Assembly (NCBI GenBank): GCA_965240325.2
Contig: OZ251231.1
Span: 1,922,001-1,986,000, forward strand
From: Rebecca billardiae RCC1528
Taxonomy: Eukaryota > Protista > Haptophyta
Length of the DNA stretch: 64,000 bases
Direction of reading: 5' to 3'
The position numbers and the translations under genes were made by a program. The notes below the pieces were generated by a model that did no database searches, was not told where the DNA came from, and was given only the letters and a program-made list of their open reading frames with translations. Positions 60,664 through 64,000 of the stretch are shown here, piece after piece (position 1 is the first letter of the stretch; each line of letters begins with the position of its first letter).

Positions 60664-62100
60664 ATGGCGCCTGCGTGGGCTCACCTGGTGCTCTGCTTGC
60701 TGGGCGCAGCCGGTGATGCAGCTCATGGGGTGCATCGTGCGGACAGCCTCTGGCCAGCTTGTTCGGCGAGATGGACCGAGGGCTTCCCAGAGTACCCTCT
60801 AATTGGGCTCGACGAGCAAGAGCTGTGGCGAGTCAAGCAATACGTTGGCCCATCACTGGCGGCCACAGTCGATGGCGCCGTCGCTAACGCCATTGCAGAG
60901 CGTGGCTCTGAAACAGGGCAGGGTGACCACTCCTTCGCACTGACTGTCCAAGGGCTAGGTGAAGGACGCCCATACGCGGTGAAGAACGGAAGCGACTGCC
61001 AGAGTGGGCCAGGCTCAGTGTTCTATAATGGGCAGAAGGCTCTGGCGCTCGCAGAGATGAAGGCATGCCTGGCAACCCGCCCTGGTCGACGTCATCCCAC
61101 CGGCTACGCTGCTGAGCTCGTATGCTTACTGGAAGCGTATGTGGCAGCACTGAGCAGCGGCAGCCGGGCAGGCTTGCACGTTGCAGCAGAGCGTGATTGG
61201 CTTTGGTGGTTCATCTTTGGTGACATGGTGCTCGACAGCAGCAATCTGGTCGGCATGCCTGTTCTGACTAAGGCACGCCTGGTTGGAGGTGGCGCTGGTG
61301 TGCTGCTACCTCTCACTCGTGCGCGTCACACTTCTGGCCTGGGAAATGTGCTTAATCTGGACAAGGAACATCCACTGCTCTTTCGCCACCGCAAGCTGTG
61401 TGCCCTCTGGAGAGGTGCCACCACTGGGCAGACTATTAAGAGACTCCGTGCCGAGGTGAGGTGCAGCCGGAAGGCCCCGAGTGCGAAAGCACGCGGTGAC
61501 TTGAATGCATCAACAGTCGACCCTGTCTGCCCAGGCCTGCCTCACTCATACAGGCTTGCCCTGGTGCGCAGATGGGGGCGGGTGCCCAGCTCAGGTGGGG
61601 TCAGCATTGATGTGGGCTTCACTCAAACAGACAAACCACTTGATGCAGGTGTGCTGGAGGCAAGCGTGGCCAACTTCCGCAAGGCCAAGCTCTCGGTGGA
61701 GGAGATGCGCCAGTGCAGGTACCTGCTGTCTGCACAGGGCAATGATGTGGCCACAGGGCTTTCATGGATGCTGCTGAGTGGGAGTGTGGTGTTAATGCCA
61801 CCACCCACCAAAGAGACATGGGCACTGCAGGGAGAACTTGTGCCATGGGTCCACTATGTGCCAGTCCAGCCTAGCTGGGCAGACCTTGGGGACAAGCTGG
61901 CTTGGTGTGAAGACCACTTGGAACAGGCAGAAAACATCACGCGCAATGGCAGGTCACACATCTTGAGGGTGTATGGCAACCCTGCCGCATCTGAAAGGAG
62001 GGTAGTGGTGGCTGTACTACACATTGCCCACAAGGCACTGGCCAAGCTGGACCCTGCTCTCTTGCCCAGGACTGTGGGGTGGGCACCGGGTGAGCAGTGA
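60664..62100 (+). CDS. Glycosyltransferase family 90 (CAP10/KDELC-like)
   Basis: Signal MAPAWAHLVLCLLG, LWRGATTG, RYLLSAQGNDVATGLSWMLLSGSVVLM, LVPWVHYVPV and AENITRNG. Confidence 0.88.
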   Translation: MAPAWAHLVLCLLGAAGDAAHGVHRADSLWPACSARWTEGFPEYPLIGLDEQELWRVKQYVGPSLAATVDGAVANAIAERGSETGQGDHSFALTVQGLGEGRPYAVKNGSDCQSGPGSVFYNGQKALALAEMKACLATRPGRRHPTGYAAELVCLLEAYVAALSSGSRAGLHVAAERDWLWWFIFGDMVLDSSNLVGMPVLTKARLVGGGAGVLLPLTRARHTSGLGNVLNLDKEHPLLFRHRKLCALWRGATTGQTIKRLRAEVRCSRKAPSAKARGDLNASTVDPVCPGLPHSYRLALVRRWGRVPSSGGVSIDVGFTQTDKPLDAGVLEASVANFRKAKLSVEEMRQCRYLLSAQGNDVATGLSWMLLSGSVVLMPPPTKETWALQGELVPWVHYVPVQPSWADLGDKLAWCEDHLEQAENITRNGRSHILRVYGNPAASERRVVVAVLHIAHKALAKLDPALLPRTVGWAPGEQ

Positions 62101-62137
62101 TGTGACCTGACTGCACCGAGTCTTAGGAGTGGCAGTA

Positions 62138-62935
62138 CCTGGTGGATTTTCAGCCACCGGGATTCGGACATTTCGACTTAAGGCGAGACGGCGAGCACCG
62201 AACCGTTTCCCTTAAGAAGAGCTGTACCCACCTGGTCGCATTGCACTATTCACGCGGCGCCTTCTGGGGCTTCGGGTCATTTTTGAGACTAGGACTTCTG
62301 AGCGGCTGTGAATACTTTCGTAGGCCGCAAACGGCGCGGCTGGTATGGGTTTCCGACGGAATCTTACCTGTGAAGCGTGTTTCCAATAGTGTCCGCCACG
62401 CCGCCGCCGTGAAGAAGGTATAAGCTGAACGGCGCGGCTCGTATTGGGTTTCCGACGGAATCTTACCTGCTGTAAAGAGTGTTTCCAATAGTGTCCGCCA
62501 CGCCGCCAATAGTGTCCGCCACGCCGCCGCCGTGAAGAAGGTAAGCTCCTTACCTTCTTCACGGCGGCGGCGTGGCGGACACTATTGGAAACACTCTTTA
62601 CATAAAGATTCCGTCGGAAACCCAATACGAGCCGCGCCGTTCAGCCGTTACACCTTCTTCACGGCGGCGGCGTGGCGCGGACACTATTGGAAACACGCTT
62701 CACAGGTAAGATTCCGTCGGAAACCCATACCAGCCGCGCCGTTTGCGGCCTACGAAAGTATTCACAGCCGCTCAGAAGTCCTAGTCTCAAAAATGACCCG
62801 AAGCCCCAGAAGGTGCCGCGTGAATAGTGCAATGCGACCAGGTGGGTACAGCTCTTCTTAAGGGAAACGGTTCGGTGCTCGCCGTCTCGCCTTAAGTCGA
62901 AATGTCCGAATCCCGGTGGCTGAAAATCCACCAGG
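62138..62935. mobile_element. 798-bp foldback/MITE element, near-perfect palindrome with TA flanks
   Basis: TA|CCTGGTGGATTTTCAGCC...GGCTGAAAATCCACCAGG|TA. Arms of ~400 bp meet at ~62545, and each arm holds two ~100-bp subrepeats. Confidence 0.85.
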
Positions 62936-63223
62936 TAGGCTTCATGGCACTGCTGTCACTATTAATAGTCGGTCAGGGTAGTCGTCTGAGTTATAAGATG
63001 GAACAGTGGATCATATATATGGGTCGATTTTTTTGGCTTCGGCGCACGGTGCGCCGATCTCGTCAACGAGCGGCCATCGTGAAAGCGCGCGAAAGTTGCG
63101 TTTGCGGGGGCTCGCGCTGCCGGGGTCGTGCGACGCGGGCGAAGGGCGCGCGGCCCCTGGCGCTGGTCGGCGGTGACGAGGACACCCAGGTGCGCCATCT
63201 CGCGCGCCGCCACGCCCCTCTCC

Positions 63224-64000
63224 GCCCACAAGGCACTGGCCAAGCTGGACCCTGCTCTCTTCCCCAGGACTGTGGGGTGGGCACAGGGTGAGCAGTGATG
63301 TGACCTGACTGCACCGAGTCTTAGGAGTGGCAGTACCTGGTGGATTTTCAGCCACCGGGATTCGGACATTTCGACTTAAGGCGAGACGGCGAGCACCGAA
63401 CCGTTTGCCTTAAGAAGAGCTGTACCCACCTGGTCGCATTGCACTATTCACGCGGCGCCTTCTGGGGCTTCGGGTCATTTTTGAGACTAGGACTTCTGAG
63501 CGGCTGTGAATACTTTCGTAGGCCGCAAACGGCGCGGCTGGTATGGGTTTCCGACGGAATCTTACCTGTGAAGCGTGTTTCCAATAGTGTCCGCCACGCC
63601 GCCGCCGTGAAGAAGGTATAAGCTGAACGGCGCGGCTCGTATTGGGTTTCCGACGGAATCTTACCTGCTGTAAAGAGTGTTTCCAATAGTGTCCGCCACG
63701 CCGCCAATAGTGTCCGCCACGCCGCCGCCGTGAAGAAGGTAAGCTCCTTACCTTCTTAACGGCGGCGGCGTGGCGGACACTATTGGAAACACTCTTTACA
63801 TAAAGATTCCGTCGGAAACCCAATACGAGCCGCGCCGTTCAGCCGTTACACCTTCTTCACGGCGGCGGCGTGGCGCGGACACTATTGGAAACACGCTTCA
63901 CAGGTAAGATTCCGTCGGAAACCCATACCAGCCGCGCCGTTTGCGGCCTACGAAAGTATTCACAGCCGCTCAGAAGTCCTAGTCTCAAAAATGACCCGAA
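63224..64000. repeat. Second copy (offset 1198 bp) of the GT90 3' end plus the foldback element (from 63336), truncated by the window edge
   Basis: GCCCACAAGGCACTGGCC at 62026 and 63224, with only a few substitutions downstream. Confidence 0.9.

Noticed and set aside
62142-63823. Short repeated ORFs (MDFQPPGFGHF..., MGFRRNLYV...)
   Set aside because: They arise from the palindrome and its duplication, and show no transposase motifs.
1-64000. Hundreds of long Arg/Ala/Pro-rich ORFs in the track (e.g. 1200-2858 +, 21350-25369 +, 29125-31587 -)
   Set aside because: They are antisense or off-frame shadows caused by very high GC and few stop codons, and they carry no domain motifs.

Overview
Very GC-rich eukaryotic nuclear DNA with short GC-rich GT-AG introns (GTGCG...CGCAG). 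The style and gene content suggest a haptophyte alga such as a Pavlovales species; this is inference only. Most ORFs in the supplied track are antisense or off-frame shadows. About 18 protein genes are supportable: an FG-GAP/integrin-alpha-like type I membrane protein, an EF-hand protein, an EF-hand/SAM/C2/C2 protein, WHEP-GST-glutamyl-tRNA synthetase, a TPR protein, a YaeQ-like protein, a coiled-coil protein, a polytopic membrane protein, a ~20-TM/lipoxygenase fusion, two alpha/beta hydrolases, two sulfotransferase-like genes, GT29, a spermidine-synthase-like methyltransferase, phytoene synthase, a WW-domain membrane protein and GT90. There is also a probable chimeric pseudogene carrying an H-NOX fragment. 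Most genes sit in tight head-to-head pairs. Mobile and repeat content includes two Helentron/HINE-like elements, one intact 1.48-kb non-autonomous LTR element (identical LTRs, PBS, PPT, 5-bp TSD), a duplicated 798-bp foldback element and several tandem duplications. The top candidate for a new system is 27817-32603. It encodes one polypeptide in which three tandem 4-TM His-containing modules, resembling the heme enzyme styrene oxide isomerase (StyC), are fused to a lipoxygenase domain, and it lies next to two lipid-hydrolase-type genes.
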